A DNA stretch of 59,884 bases, counting the filler, from Squatina squatina (Eukaryota), in NCBI GenBank assembly GCA_031763465.1. It is 4 parts of 3 records of this genome, joined end to end, with 100 filler letters (N's around TTAATTAATTAA, not from the genome) between each part and the next. Parts side by side here need not be neighbours in the genome. Positions count along the whole stretch, not along the records: positions 44,617 to 59,884 come from JARFOE010000162.1; 3 more parts are not named here. The stretch is one strand, 5' to 3'. The notes under the pieces were generated by a model that was not told the DNA's origin, did not search any database, and was given only the letters and a program-made list of their open reading frames with translations. Positions 49,504 through 59,884 of this stretch are shown piece after piece (the first letter of the stretch is position 1; each line of letters starts with the position of its first letter). The translations under genes and the position numbers were made by a program.

Positions 49504-50739
49504 GGTAATTTGAAGGTTCCTAAAAACGTGCCGTCTGTCAACTGGTGTTATCATTTATCGACCCTGGAATCCAGATGCACTGGGAATGGGCCTGATATAC
49601 TTACAGTACTTTTGAAGAGGGTGTGGGGGTGTTATGGGATATAGGAGCAATGTAGTGAACAGTTTTGGAGCATTGGGACAGGTCTTGGGAAGGAGAGCAC
49701 AAGAAGGGGCTTTCTAGAGCCTGGCTGCACTAGGAGGGCAGTTTAGGTGCTCTATAATAGAGGTTGATGCACACAGGGAGAGTGTTCCATGGCCATTGGA
49801 AGGTCAGGGTTTGGATGTATTGGCTCATTTCTGGGAGTTTGCAGTATTGGGAGGCCTGGTCTAGCTGCCTTGGACAGTGGTGTGGCTGGAGCATGAGGCC
49901 CTGAACATCCATAGCTCCAGTTTGGACCATTAGCTGCCTCTCTCTACTTCATTCACATTTGTCAGCCTGCTTCAGTGACCCATCTGTAGTTTTAAGCTGT
50001 CAACCTAGCTCTTTGCCTATTGTCGGCCAATTCCTGCCTTTAAATCATTTCTTATAATTACTATTTTTGTATTTGCTGACTTATGAATCTTTTATGAAAA
50101 TGATTAGTCATTAGTAAGGCTGTTTCTTGTGGAGAGTAACTCAGTATTCTGCTATTGGAGGAGGTGATAGGGGCATACCTGCCCAGTCTGGACAAGGTCA
50201 TATGATGCAACGAGGAGGAATGCCTGGGTAAGAAGAGACCTGTCTTGTTAAGTGAGAAGCTTATTGGCTTTGGGACTGTTGGCTGCTGCTGAATCCTGCT
50301 GAGCACAAATATAGCTTAGTTAAACAATATTTGATGAGTTCTGAGTATCCTTCCTAGTAATACTGGAAATGGGATTTATAGGCAGTAATCATTGGGGCTT
50401 GGGCTTGAAACCAGTCCAATTCAATAAGATGAAAGTCGCCTTTGCTGGCTCTTAGAGGCCATCAATTATTTTTGAGCAGTACCTCAAGTGTGAGTCTGCC
50501 AGACAAAACTGCCTGTAATTTGGCACTCCATTGGCAGGCTTATTCATTGTGCCAAAGGATGGCTGATTTGGGGGGGANNNNNNNNNNNNNNNNNNNNNNN
50601 NNNNNNNNNNNNNNNNNNNNNNNNNNNNNNNNNNNNNNNNNNNNNNNNNNNNNNNNNNNNNNNNNNNNNNNNNNNNNAAATAGTTCACAAAGCCAGTTGG
50701 CTCATCCTCAAGTTTGGATGAAGGATTTCATTCTTCCAG

Positions 50740-51290
50740 AATAACACTGATGCCTTCCCATTATCACATCTCTGGTTCTTAGAAATTCCACTGTACAAGC
50801 ATCAATCACTTCCTGGTAAACCATTCCACTAGCCAGTAAAGAAAGAATTCCCAACATCTATCCTGATTTTCCCTTCACAATTTTGAATCTATAGCCTTGG
50901 GTCCTGCTATTTTGGCAATTCTGAAAATAGTGTTGGGTTTACATTATCTGTCCCAATAAGTAATATCTTGTATATCTCTAAGGCCTCCGCTGCGATGTCT
51001 CTTCCCTCTGATTCAAGCATCTGCCATATTGTTATCTTGTGGACTGCCTTTACAATCTGGATGGCCCGAGGTTGCAGCATCCACAACTGTACACAGTATG
51101 CCAGGTGCAGCCGAACCAGTGCTTTGGTGCAACCTTTTAGAGGTTTGAACTTAACTGATTTTGGATTATAATCCATTATCCTATTTGCTTTGTTTATTGT
51201 CATCTCTCACGGATAAGGAACAATGAACCTGACACCTAGTTCTCTTCCAAGTTCCCTTTAGTAATTTCTCTTGCACACAATGGGTACATG
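50740..51290 (-). mobile_element. Degenerate CR1 ORF2 C-terminal fragment
   Basis: KANRIM...KALVRLHLAYCVQLW resembles the CR1 LVRPHLEYCVQFW motif. Confidence 0.7.
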
Positions 51291-51695
51291 TATTTTTTTA
51301 CTTCCAACATGCAGACTGGAATTTTAACCTGGAGGTGGATTAGTAGCTGGAGGGGGGGTGGGGGGAGGGGAGGGTAGAAAAAGAGGGTGGGGGGGGGTGT
51401 GCAGGAAAGAAGTCACATTAGGTATGTGCTGAGATTGGTCTATAGGCATCTGTTGGCGGTGAAACCGTATTGTGCATTTGGTTATTTTGTACCTGTTCTG
51501 GAAGTAAGAAATCAAAAGATTCTGCTGGAATGGTTTCAGCAGCTGTCTGTAGATGAGTGGTGGGTGAATCCTGCAACTGAACGTGACTTTTTTTTAAAAT
51601 GAGGGTTACTTGGTCAGAAGTAAATTAAAATTGAAGTATTTGATCATTAACTACTTTTGTGAAAAGGTTGATCCCAATCCTTTTCATTTTACCAG

Positions 51696-51758
51696 AGCAG
51701 CCGAGTTCAGTTGGCATTCTCGGACAACTTATGACTGATATAAATATGCAGAATGGAG
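51696..51758 (+). CDS. Candidate 63-bp symmetric exon of the TRIM gene (linker region)
   Basis: ttttcattttaccag|...GAG|gtcagt, phase 1-1, open (QPSSVGILGQLMTDINMQNG). Phase-compatible with the PRY-SPRY exon, but no homology recognised. Confidence 0.45.
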
Positions 51759-51899
51759 GTCAGTATAGTCTTCATTGCTGCTGGCATTAGTGAATGAAGN
51801 NNNNNNNNNNNNNNNNNNNNNNNNNNNNNNNNNNNNNNNNNNNNNNNNNNNNNNNNNNNNNNNNNNNNNNNNNNNNNNNNNNNNNNNNNNNNNNNNNNN

Positions 51900-52205
51900 T
51901 ATTGGCCCAGGACACTGGGGAGAACTCCCCTGCTCCTCTTCTACATCCACCCGAGAGCTACTGTAACTTATCAGAAAGACTGGCCCTCACAGTGCGGCGC
52001 TCCTTCAGACAGTGCGGCCCCTCAGACAGTATGGCGCTCCCTCAATACTGCGGCGCTTCCTCAGTACTAGCCCTCCGACAGTGCGGCGCTCCCTCAGTAA
52101 TGCAGTGGGAGTGTCGGCCGAGATTTGAGAGTTCCGATCTCTGGAGGAGAACTTGAACCCACAGCCTTCTAACTCAAGTGGGGGTGCTACCTACTGAGTC
52201 TCAAA
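51900..52205 (-). mobile_element. SacSINE1-like copy with internal tandem amplification
   Basis: SINE body and head flank about five imperfect cagtgcggcgctccctca units. Confidence 0.75.
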
Positions 52206-52320
52206 ACACTTGGAAACAGATTGCAGTAGTCTGAAAAGGGTCTGTCATATTTAAAAGCCTCGGGAGTGTCCAGTGGGTGAGTGACAGTCATTTACCCCAA
52301 TGTCTCCTTTTTACTCACAG

Positions 52321-52871
52321 ATGGACAGACACCGACTCTGGATCGAGCCACAGCCCATCCACAACTCGCCGTGTCCTACAGTAACCGGAGCGTGGCGCTA
52401 ACTAGGCAGAAACCGAAGTATCCCAACAATCCGGGACGCTTTGACTGTTTCCCACAGGTCCTGTGTGTTGAGGGGGTGAGCTGTGGCCGCTCTTACTGGG
52501 AGGTGGATGTTGGAGGAGGTTGTTGGAGGGTGGGAGTCTGTTACAGTAGCCTGAGCCGGAAGGGACCTGGTGCTGAGTGTTCACTGGGAATGAATGATAA
52601 ATCATGGAGCCTGTGCTCAGTGCTGGGCTCATGTACAGCACTCTCCAAAGGGATTAAAACTCCAATAACTGCTGGAAGCCCCACCAGAGTGGGAGTGTAT
52701 GTGGATTTTGAGGCTGGAATAATCTCGTTTTACAGTGTGTCTGACAGGAAACTCACCCTGTTACACACCTTCCAGCAGCAAGCATTCACCAAGCCCCTCT
52801 ACCCAGCTCTAACCGTTAATGAATGCGGTGATTGCATCACTCTGTGTGACTTGAGTATGACATTTTCTTGA
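52321..52871 (+). CDS. TRIM-family (TRIM16/TRIM25/finTRIM-like) terminal exon encoding the B30.2 PRY-SPRY domain
   Basis: ttactcacag| phase 1. Reads TLDRATAHPQL...YPNNPGRFDCFPQVLC...GRSYWEVDV...WRVGVCY...RVGVYVDFEAGIISFYSV...LLHTF...FTKPLYPA, then stop. Confidence 0.92.
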
Positions 52872-53992
52872 CTCTATTCATTTGTTAATTTTTGAACTGT
52901 TTATAGAATGTAGTCAGGACTTTGATCTCAGCTCTAATGATGTAACAAAGTAAAACTTTAACGCTCTCATTTTCTACTGGCTGAAGTAAATTGTGTAACT
53001 AGGTTTTAACCAATTAAAGGCAAGGTTTTAAAGACTCAGATGGTGGGTTGCTGCAAAATTGATCAGTTTATTTTTCATTATTTCTTTGTTTAAACTACAT
53101 TCTATTTTAACATATCTATGATATATTAAAAATCTTATGTCTGCATATACTTCTTGTCTACAGAAGCTTACTTCCTGTTACATTTTTGTTGCACATTTCT
53201 GTCAACTTTTACCAATTATAAATACCTTTGTCCACATTTATAATGGAAAATTCTTATGTAAACAGCTCACGTTGTAATTACAGCCTCTTGCCAGAGGTGG
53301 TGCTTCAGCAACTCTGATTTGCACCTCCCAGCTCGTCAGCTTGGATTGCAGAAAATCTCCTGTTCCTCAGGGCTCTTCTGCCCCTTTTAAGTTCCCTCGC
53401 TGCCTCTTCAGGTACTGCAACAGCGCTCCAGATTTCCCTCTGTTGCACTGGCCCCGGGAATTCCTGCCGGGAGCTCATCTCCTGACCATGACTCCTGACC
53501 CAGAAGACCCTGCCATTATCTCAAAAGGAAACTCCGTCCCCTTAGTGTTTAATTACTATTGTCTCCCCAAGGACTCTTAATGGATTTCCCAGTTGGAAGC
53601 CTCTGAACTGGTTTGTTTGGGAGAAGAGGATCTACGGAGGGATTTACACAGCTCAGCCTGTTCAAGTGTCCTCCTGTTGTGACCTTATCTGCAGAGAAAG
53701 AGGTGCAATTAACTCACTGGCACTAAGTGAGGCTCTTCTTCCCAAAGGAAGCAGCACAGCAGCACCAGCAGCCCTCCTTATAGTCTCACTGCCATGGCTG
53801 ACTAACCATTATATTGGATGTTCCCGATGGTGGGTGAGTCCAGAACCAGGGGTCACAGCCTAAGGATAAGGGGTAAGCCATTTAGGACTGAGNNNNNNNN
53901 NNNNNNNNNNNNNNNNNNNNNNNNNNNNNNNNNNNNNNNNNNNNNNNNNNNNNNNNNNNNNNNNNNNNNNNNNNNNNNNNNNNNNNNNNNNN

Positions 53993-54179
53993 TGTAGTCC
54001 AGCTTCAAAGAAACAGAGGCGACACTTGTACGGTTTCACTGGGCTGTGGCTGTCCATGTGATGTATTAGGCTGTCCTGGCTAAGTGTAATGAATGTACAC
54101 CAGTCACAACAGAATACCTTCCCAGGAAAGAAATGCAGCAGTTCAAGTTGACACTCTTTCACATAAGCTATCTGTCCAT
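53993..54179 (-). CDS. ZNF462-like exon (C2H2 fingers), 3' end lost in gap
   Basis: ggtcttcag|. Encodes KVFCCDWCTFITLSQDSLIHHMDSHSPVKPYKCRLCFFE (ZNF462 has VFRCDKCTFTCSSDESLQQHIEKHNELKPYKCQLCYYE). Confidence 0.8.
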
Positions 54180-55029
54180 CTGAAGACCAAAGCATAGGCA
54201 AGTGTCAGATGACATTTTTAATACCAGGAGGGAAAACAGTTACCTGAATTGCTACAANNNNNNNNNNTTCCCATAGATTTGTTGAGGTCCTTCAGTTTCT
54301 TGGTTTTATGTTGGCACATCCTATCAGAGAGTCCTGGGACTATCATTGCCAAAGCAATTCTACAGAAAATGCCTAATCCTAATTTACCTCTAATAAGCAA
54401 TTTTAAAAGCATTAAGAAGAAATCCAAAAGATGTATACATGTACTTCATTCTGCACCCCCCACCCACCCAGCTCATGCTAAGGTAAGGCTCCAGTGACTA
54501 TATTAATGGAAGCATTACCAATCTACCACAGGCATGGCGTCACCACCACTGCAGAGGAAACTCTACCTAAAGGTTTCTGCCAGGCTGCCTTTGACATGCA
54601 GTTAAATTAAGTAAGTAAGTAAGAATCCAATCAAATAAATCAGTTTTTGTGAAAAATGAATTGATTCACAATTCACATTGACATGTTTTGACTCAATCGA
54701 CTTGATTTGTATACAAGTCTGTACCTAGCCATAATACACTGGTACTACTGATGCAGAACATCAAAGTGGCATGACATAGCTAAGCAATAAGATCTAGATA
54801 GAACATGCTCAGAGTAAGGGTCATTTGCCCAGTCTTTTTAATTCCGGCGGCCTACAGTGCCGTGGTGGGCCACCCCGCCAGGTTGAGGTCGCCTTACTAA
54901 CTACCAGTAACAAATGCTATACTTTCCGTCTTTCTGACTCCTGTTGAAAGCTTCTCAATCAACACATCAGTCATTCAGTCATCTAGAGATTATCTAGATT
55001 CTAATCTGAATTAAAAACCCACATACCTA

Positions 55030-55245
55030 CATGGGCGTCGCCACCACTAGGGACACTAGGGACATTGTCCCTAGTAATTTTCAAACCCTCAAAATCTGGT
55101 AAGGACTGTCCCTAGTAATATTTGAAAGCACATAGCCAGGGGCGTCGCCACTACTAGGGACACCAGGGACAATGTCTTTAATAATTTTTAAATCTCAAAA
55201 TCTTCTTAGGACTGCCCTAGTAATATTTGAAAACACATGGCAGTT
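55030..55245. repeat. Two-copy ~107 bp tandem repeat with a hAT-like terminus
   Basis: Units start ca(t/g)gggcgtcgccac at 55030 and 55137 and contain repeated tagggaca/tgtccctag motifs. Confidence 0.8.
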
Positions 55246-57018
55246 CAGTGAAGAACTGCAGGTAAAACTGCAGCTCTTGGGCCGAAAAGACCAGCCTTCT
55301 GTCAAAATCTTGTCACTTTTCTGTATTTTAAGCCTAAATTTTTGACTATGCCAAGAAATGGAAGCTTTGATGGAAGCAATCACAATGTTTGTTATTGTTG
55401 CGCTTTTGGTGCGTGGCTCGCAGCTCGAGCTCGCAGCCTGGGTATCTTGGCCTGGGCCAAGGCCCTATAAGAAGGTAGGGTCATCCGGCAGTTTGACCGA
55501 ATCCNNNNNNNNNNNNNNNNNNNNNNNNNNNNNNNNNNNNNNNNNNNNNNNNNNNNNNNNNNNNNNNNNNNNNNNNNNNNNNNNNNNNNNNNNNNNNNNN
55601 NNNNTAACACAGCAAGAGAAATTATTTGAGGTGTTGCAATTTTTATAGAGCAACTGCTCAGAGTGGAACCAGGGAAGAGCCTTGCCATGGAGGTATTCAA
55701 GGTAGGTGAAGCACTAACAGTGTTAAAGGCAGAAAAGACTGAGATAGTATGGTGAGTTGTATTCACAGTAACATGCCAGTTTTGAAAAGTTTGGTTTCAG
55801 TGCTATGGAAGGGGCAGTACCCTGGATGGCTTTGAATAGGGAGTGCTAGGGTCATCATTTTGAGGCAACAATTTGGTCCAGGACTTCAGAAAGAAAGGGA
55901 AAAGCAACAACTGAACCCTACAATAACCTGACTGGTAGATATATCTATCAGTTCCAAAATGAAATTCTTGTTCACCCTGGTGGTCAACCCACAAATTACC
56001 AGATTAATTCACATCAATTTCATAAAATGCCATAGTGAGATTTGAACACACAAACTCGAGGCTGCTGACTATAACCACAACACTACCATCCCCAGATTTG
56101 GTACTGACTCGATAAATTCAAATGAACTTACCCCGCCAACAAAAAAAAAAGCAAATGATGACTTAAACCTTTTGTGGGAGGCAGCGAGATCTGCTGCCAA
56201 CAACTACAAAAAATAAACTCCGGGTGCACACTACAACAGAAGCAGAGTGAGATCATCACCTGGCCACTCAAAGCATGCATTTTTTAAAGGAAGAGTATCC
56301 CAGATAATTTTACCTTGTGGGATAGAAACAATTACTATCTGTATGTGGCAGCTCAATGAATGAGGAAGAACAGTCATCTGCAGTTGTTTCCCCAATTCCA
56401 TTTTCTATTCTTGAGCCAACTTTTTTTGGGGGGGAAAAAAAACTCGTCTGCAATTTCCTTCAAATTCAATGTCACATCATCCTTATCACAAACCACTTGG
56501 GAAACAGATCATGTGCTTTGTACAAAGCCAACATAATAAATCATTTTCATCCACGAATGACAGGACAAAAACAATTCGGCATGAACAAGATTCTGCATAA
56601 ATATCTGAACAAAAAATCTTAATATGATTCAAAACTGTTTACTCTAGTACGGAGATTAAGGATGGAAGTTTCAGTCTCGGGCTCCTTTTGGAAAAAAAAA
56701 CATTATTTTGTCATTTAGAAAAAGTATTATTTTTGTTTAATATATGAATTTTACTGGCTAGAATTATACACCCTAGCCACATTTAGAAAATTTGAATAAC
56801 TTTTACCATTTTTAGTCCTTTTTCTACCCCTTTTCTTCACCCAACACTCATTTTCAACAATAATCTATAAATAGAAGTTTTAAAACAATGAAAATACATG
56901 CAGATAAACTTTTTTTTTTAAAGAATGCAACACTGTGGGGACAACTAAATATCTAAAAATCCATCATCTCAGTATCTGTTCTGGTAATAGACTACTGAAA
57001 CTTTCAACAAAAACTTAC

Positions 57019-57247
57019 TTCTTCCCACTAAAGAAGCAACATTTTCTGCATTCAAAATACAGATTCTCACGATGTACTTTACGGTAATGTCTCTTCACAT
57101 TCTGGAACTGGCAAGTGGTAAAGTCGCAAAATTCACATGCATAGTTCTTCACTTCAGCAAGCTTTGGCAATGCTTCTATTCCAGAGTCAGAAGTCTGAAC
57201 GACACACTCCTGGCAATCACTGTGCGGAAACTCCAGAAAGACATTTT
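57019..57247 (-). CDS. ZNF462-like exon (C2H2 fingers)
   Basis: tgtcatttcag|...|gtaagt. Encodes YACEFCDFTTCQFQNVKRHYRKVHRENLYFECRKCCFFSGK (ZNF462 has CDFSSGYIQSIRRHYRDKHGGKKLFKCKDCSFYTGFK). Confidence 0.8.
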
Positions 57248-57357
57248 CTGAAATGACAAAAACTCCCATAAATCCACTCAACAGCCTAAATCTACAGGAA
57301 CAGAAATTTGGAATTCTGATGAGACATTGGATTGAGGGGGAAAGAGAGGGAATAACT

Positions 57358-57593
57358 AATAAACTTGCATTTATATTCCACCTTTCACACCCTCAGGACA
57401 TCCCAAGCCTCTTCACGGCCAAAGTTTTGAAGTGTAGTCACTGCTGTGTAAGCCAATCGGCACAGTAAAATCTCACAAACATAACCAGATAATCTGCTTT
57501 GCTGTTTTTTGTGGGAGAAAAGTTGACCAAGACACTGGGAAAATTTCCCTTTTAATCTTTTAATAGTGCTATGGGATCCTTTATGCCCACCTG
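57358..57593 (-). mobile_element. SacSINE1-like 3' part
   Basis: cttgcatttatatt...ctcaggacatccca...tttgaagtgtagtcactg...atgggatcctttatgcccacctg. Confidence 0.75.
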
Positions 57594-57699
57594 NNNNNNN
57601 NNNNNNNNNNNNNNNNNNNNNNNNNNNNNNNNNNNNNNNNNNNNNNNNNNNNNNNNNNNNNNNNNNNNNNNNNNNNNNNNNNNNNNNNNNNNNTTTGCC

Positions 57700-57850
57700 A
57701 ATTGAAAACCATTAGTGATTACCAGTTGAAACTGTTAGATAATATACCAGTTGATTTACCAGTTGAAAACCAGTAGATGATTACCAGTTGATTTACCAGT
57801 TGACCAGTAGAATACCAGTTGCTTTACCAGTTCAAAAACCAGTTCAGTGT
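57700..57850. repeat. Imperfect minisatellite with ACCAGT(T/A)G core
   Basis: About ten copies of (t)taccagttga/accagtaga at irregular spacing. Confidence 0.85.
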
Positions 57851-57987
57851 ATCTTGTGCATATTCATGATTAATTTGCATATTTTCACAGAAAATTGGAG
57901 AATCTTTATGCAAACATCAATCAGTTATTAAAACAATAGAGAAATCTTTGAATAAAGCCCTGACGATTCCAAATCCAAGAACCGCAA

Positions 57988-58324
57988 TCACTCATCAATA
58001 GTGATGTGTGTTACCATGGTGAAAGAATTGTCGATTTTCCTCCCATAATGGCCTGGGCCATCGTTTTGATTCCTCAAGTGCTCGGTGACTGGCATTGCTT
58101 TTATCAAGCCTTCACCCCCTTTACAGCTGATCAATTCCAGTTCATTTCCATCAGTAAAGGTTAAAGGCTCCTCGGTATTAACCACACTCTTTGTACTCAT
58201 TCCCCAGTCCAACATAGCATTTACACATTCACTGCCATTCTCTCTGAAAGGGTTTATTTCATAAAATTGTGGGTCTAGGTTAGTTATATGCAAGCTGGCA
58301 TTATTTTTACACTCAATAGTGCAC
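57988..58324 (-). CDS. Candidate terminal exon of unknown identity
   Basis: Acceptor ttttatttccaaaatag| followed by 111 open codons to TGA (CTIECKNNASLHITNLDPQFYEINPF...SFTMVTHITIDE*). No homology recognised. Confidence 0.4.
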
Positions 58325-58762
58325 CTATTTTGGAAATAAAATCTGGGATGTCGCAATTTATAATGGAACAAAAGTATCACTTAAAGAAGACTGATTTTTT
58401 TTAAGATACTGCCTTGTAAATTATGTTTTGTGAGCGTGTAGTATAAAAGTTTAATGGGTTTGTATCAAATTGCTGACTTTTTTTTAACTTTATGTTTTCA
58501 TCTCTTTTATCTCTCTTTCTTAATCCCATCTTTCTTGCCCTGACTTTATTTCGCTTTCTGTACATGATTCAAATCTAATTTATGCTTCCTGGTTTAGTGT
58601 CTGCGTGTCTCAGTGATGATTCTTCAATCTGATTGGTTGAAGAGCCATGCTGTTCCCTGTCCNNNNNNNNNNNNNNNNNNNNNNNNNNNNNNNNNNNNNN
58701 NNNNNNNNNNNNNNNNNNNNNNNNNNNNNNNNNNNNNNNNNNNNNNNNNNNNNNNNNNNNNN

Positions 58763-59884
58763 TGGATACTAGAGAAGCAAGTTCATTATGACTGGTCTTC
58801 ATGCCACGAGAGCTATACTGAGGTTCAATATCGTGGTATATGAGATAGTGATTGATGAGCCCTTTCTGAATTAAATGAGTGTACTCACACAAGGCACATT
58901 TGAAAAAAATATCAGAGTCTTCAACTTGAGCACAAGTAATACTCTGCCTGATGCAATAATGTTTACAAATAACTCGCCTTGATGAGCAGGTAAAATTACA
59001 GACCTGGCACTGAAACACCACCTGTTGCTCACTGCTGGAGGTTGAGGTGGATCCAAGTGGTGCCCTGACCTGTAGATTGTTGACAATTTGCCTCTCTGAT
59101 TCTTTCTGGCTACAATTTTTGGCTACATTTATAGATGTATGAGTTGTTTGGTAATGCTCAAATAAAGAAACCCAGTCTCCACTGTATGAACAGTGTTCAC
59201 AGAAACACAACTCAGAAGGTCCACTAAAGCAGGGTACAGCTGGATCAGTAGACTCTGAATCAAATGAAAACACAGTGCGCATAGACAAAGGTAAATCAAT
59301 CTCGGATGACATGTTCATCTTACAGCTGTATTTCTGAATCTTGCTGCAGGATATTTTTTCCTCAGGGTGTTGTCTGTGGTAGTGCGAAAGGACAGANNNN
59401 NNNNNNACATAATGTTAGTACTTGAAAAAGGACAGATGTCACACTTGTACACAAAAGTGCAAACATTTCCAGATTCCTTTTTTGCACTTGATGTAGGATA
59501 CAGAATTTTGCTTCTGTTTTCTGTTGATTTTGCTAATTTTCCACATAAAGTATTATTTCTGTAAGCCTGTGAATATATCCTTTTATCATCATCTGTATCA
59601 GATAGCACTACTTCAATTTCAGCTACTGAGTCAAGCAGACGATCATCACCACACGAGGAAAACTCTGCCACTCTTTCAATCTTCTGTTGGTTTAAAAAGC
59701 TATATGCCTCCATCGCCCACTCAGCCTGCTGCTCCTCGGTTGTTCTACAATATGGAATGCTGCGCCTGGGCTTTGCACTTCGATCATTTAGTACGGTAAC
59801 TGCTGGCCTACATTTGATTGGTGATGCCATACGACTTTTCAGGGTTTTCACTATGGCTTCCAATGCCAGGCATTTACTAGAAGG
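58763..59884 (-). CDS. ZNF462-like large zinc-finger exon (partial)
   Basis: Spaced atypical C2H2 fingers: YKCDICPFSSTNIMSVLSHYHRQHP, FCEHCSYS...HYQTTH, FQCQVCNFT...HY, FKCALCEYT...HYLIYH. The HYxxxHP signature is typical of ZNF462. A 1-bp overlap across the 10-N gap restores the frame. Confidence 0.8.

Noticed and set aside
51340-51400. G-run tract able to form a G-quadruplex
   Set aside because: Low-complexity part of a MITE-like repeat end with no evidence of function.

Overview
This window is eukaryotic DNA, most likely from a cartilaginous fish (shark-like). The taxon is inferred from SacSINE1-type DeuSINEs, CR1/L2/RTE LINE fragments and Harbinger-type MITEs. It is not contiguous genome. 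Three artificial linkers (N44-TTAATTAATTAA-N44) split it into four unrelated scaffold pieces, each built from ~1-2 kb contigs joined mostly by 10- or 100-N gaps. Piece 1 (1-15037) holds ABHD3 exons 1-3 and COLEC12 exons 2, 3 and part of the coiled-coil exon, all on the minus strand. Piece 2 (15138-31433) resembles the human 19p13.3 block: SBNO2 last two exons (+), a RAB28-like exon (+), POLR2E exon 2 (+), an ODF3L2-like last exon (-) and the ARHGAP45 last exon (-). Piece 3 (31534-44516) is the 3' end of CSMD3 (+), with an antisense class-4 semaphorin exon in one intron. Piece 4 (44617-59884) holds three SAFB-like exons (+), a TRIM B30.2/PRY-SPRY terminal exon (+) and a divergent ZNF462-like gene (-). 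The most interesting observations are the antisense semaphorin exon, the divergent ZNF462 and RAB28 copies in 19p13-like neighbourhoods, an orphan terminal exon, a ZNF143-motif promoter with a candidate COLEC12 first exon, a degenerate Penelope-type hammerhead ribozyme and a telomere-like insertion in a SINE. I found no convincing novel biological system. Gene and repeat identities come from my recall of the families, not from database searches, and adjacency across N gaps is uncertain.
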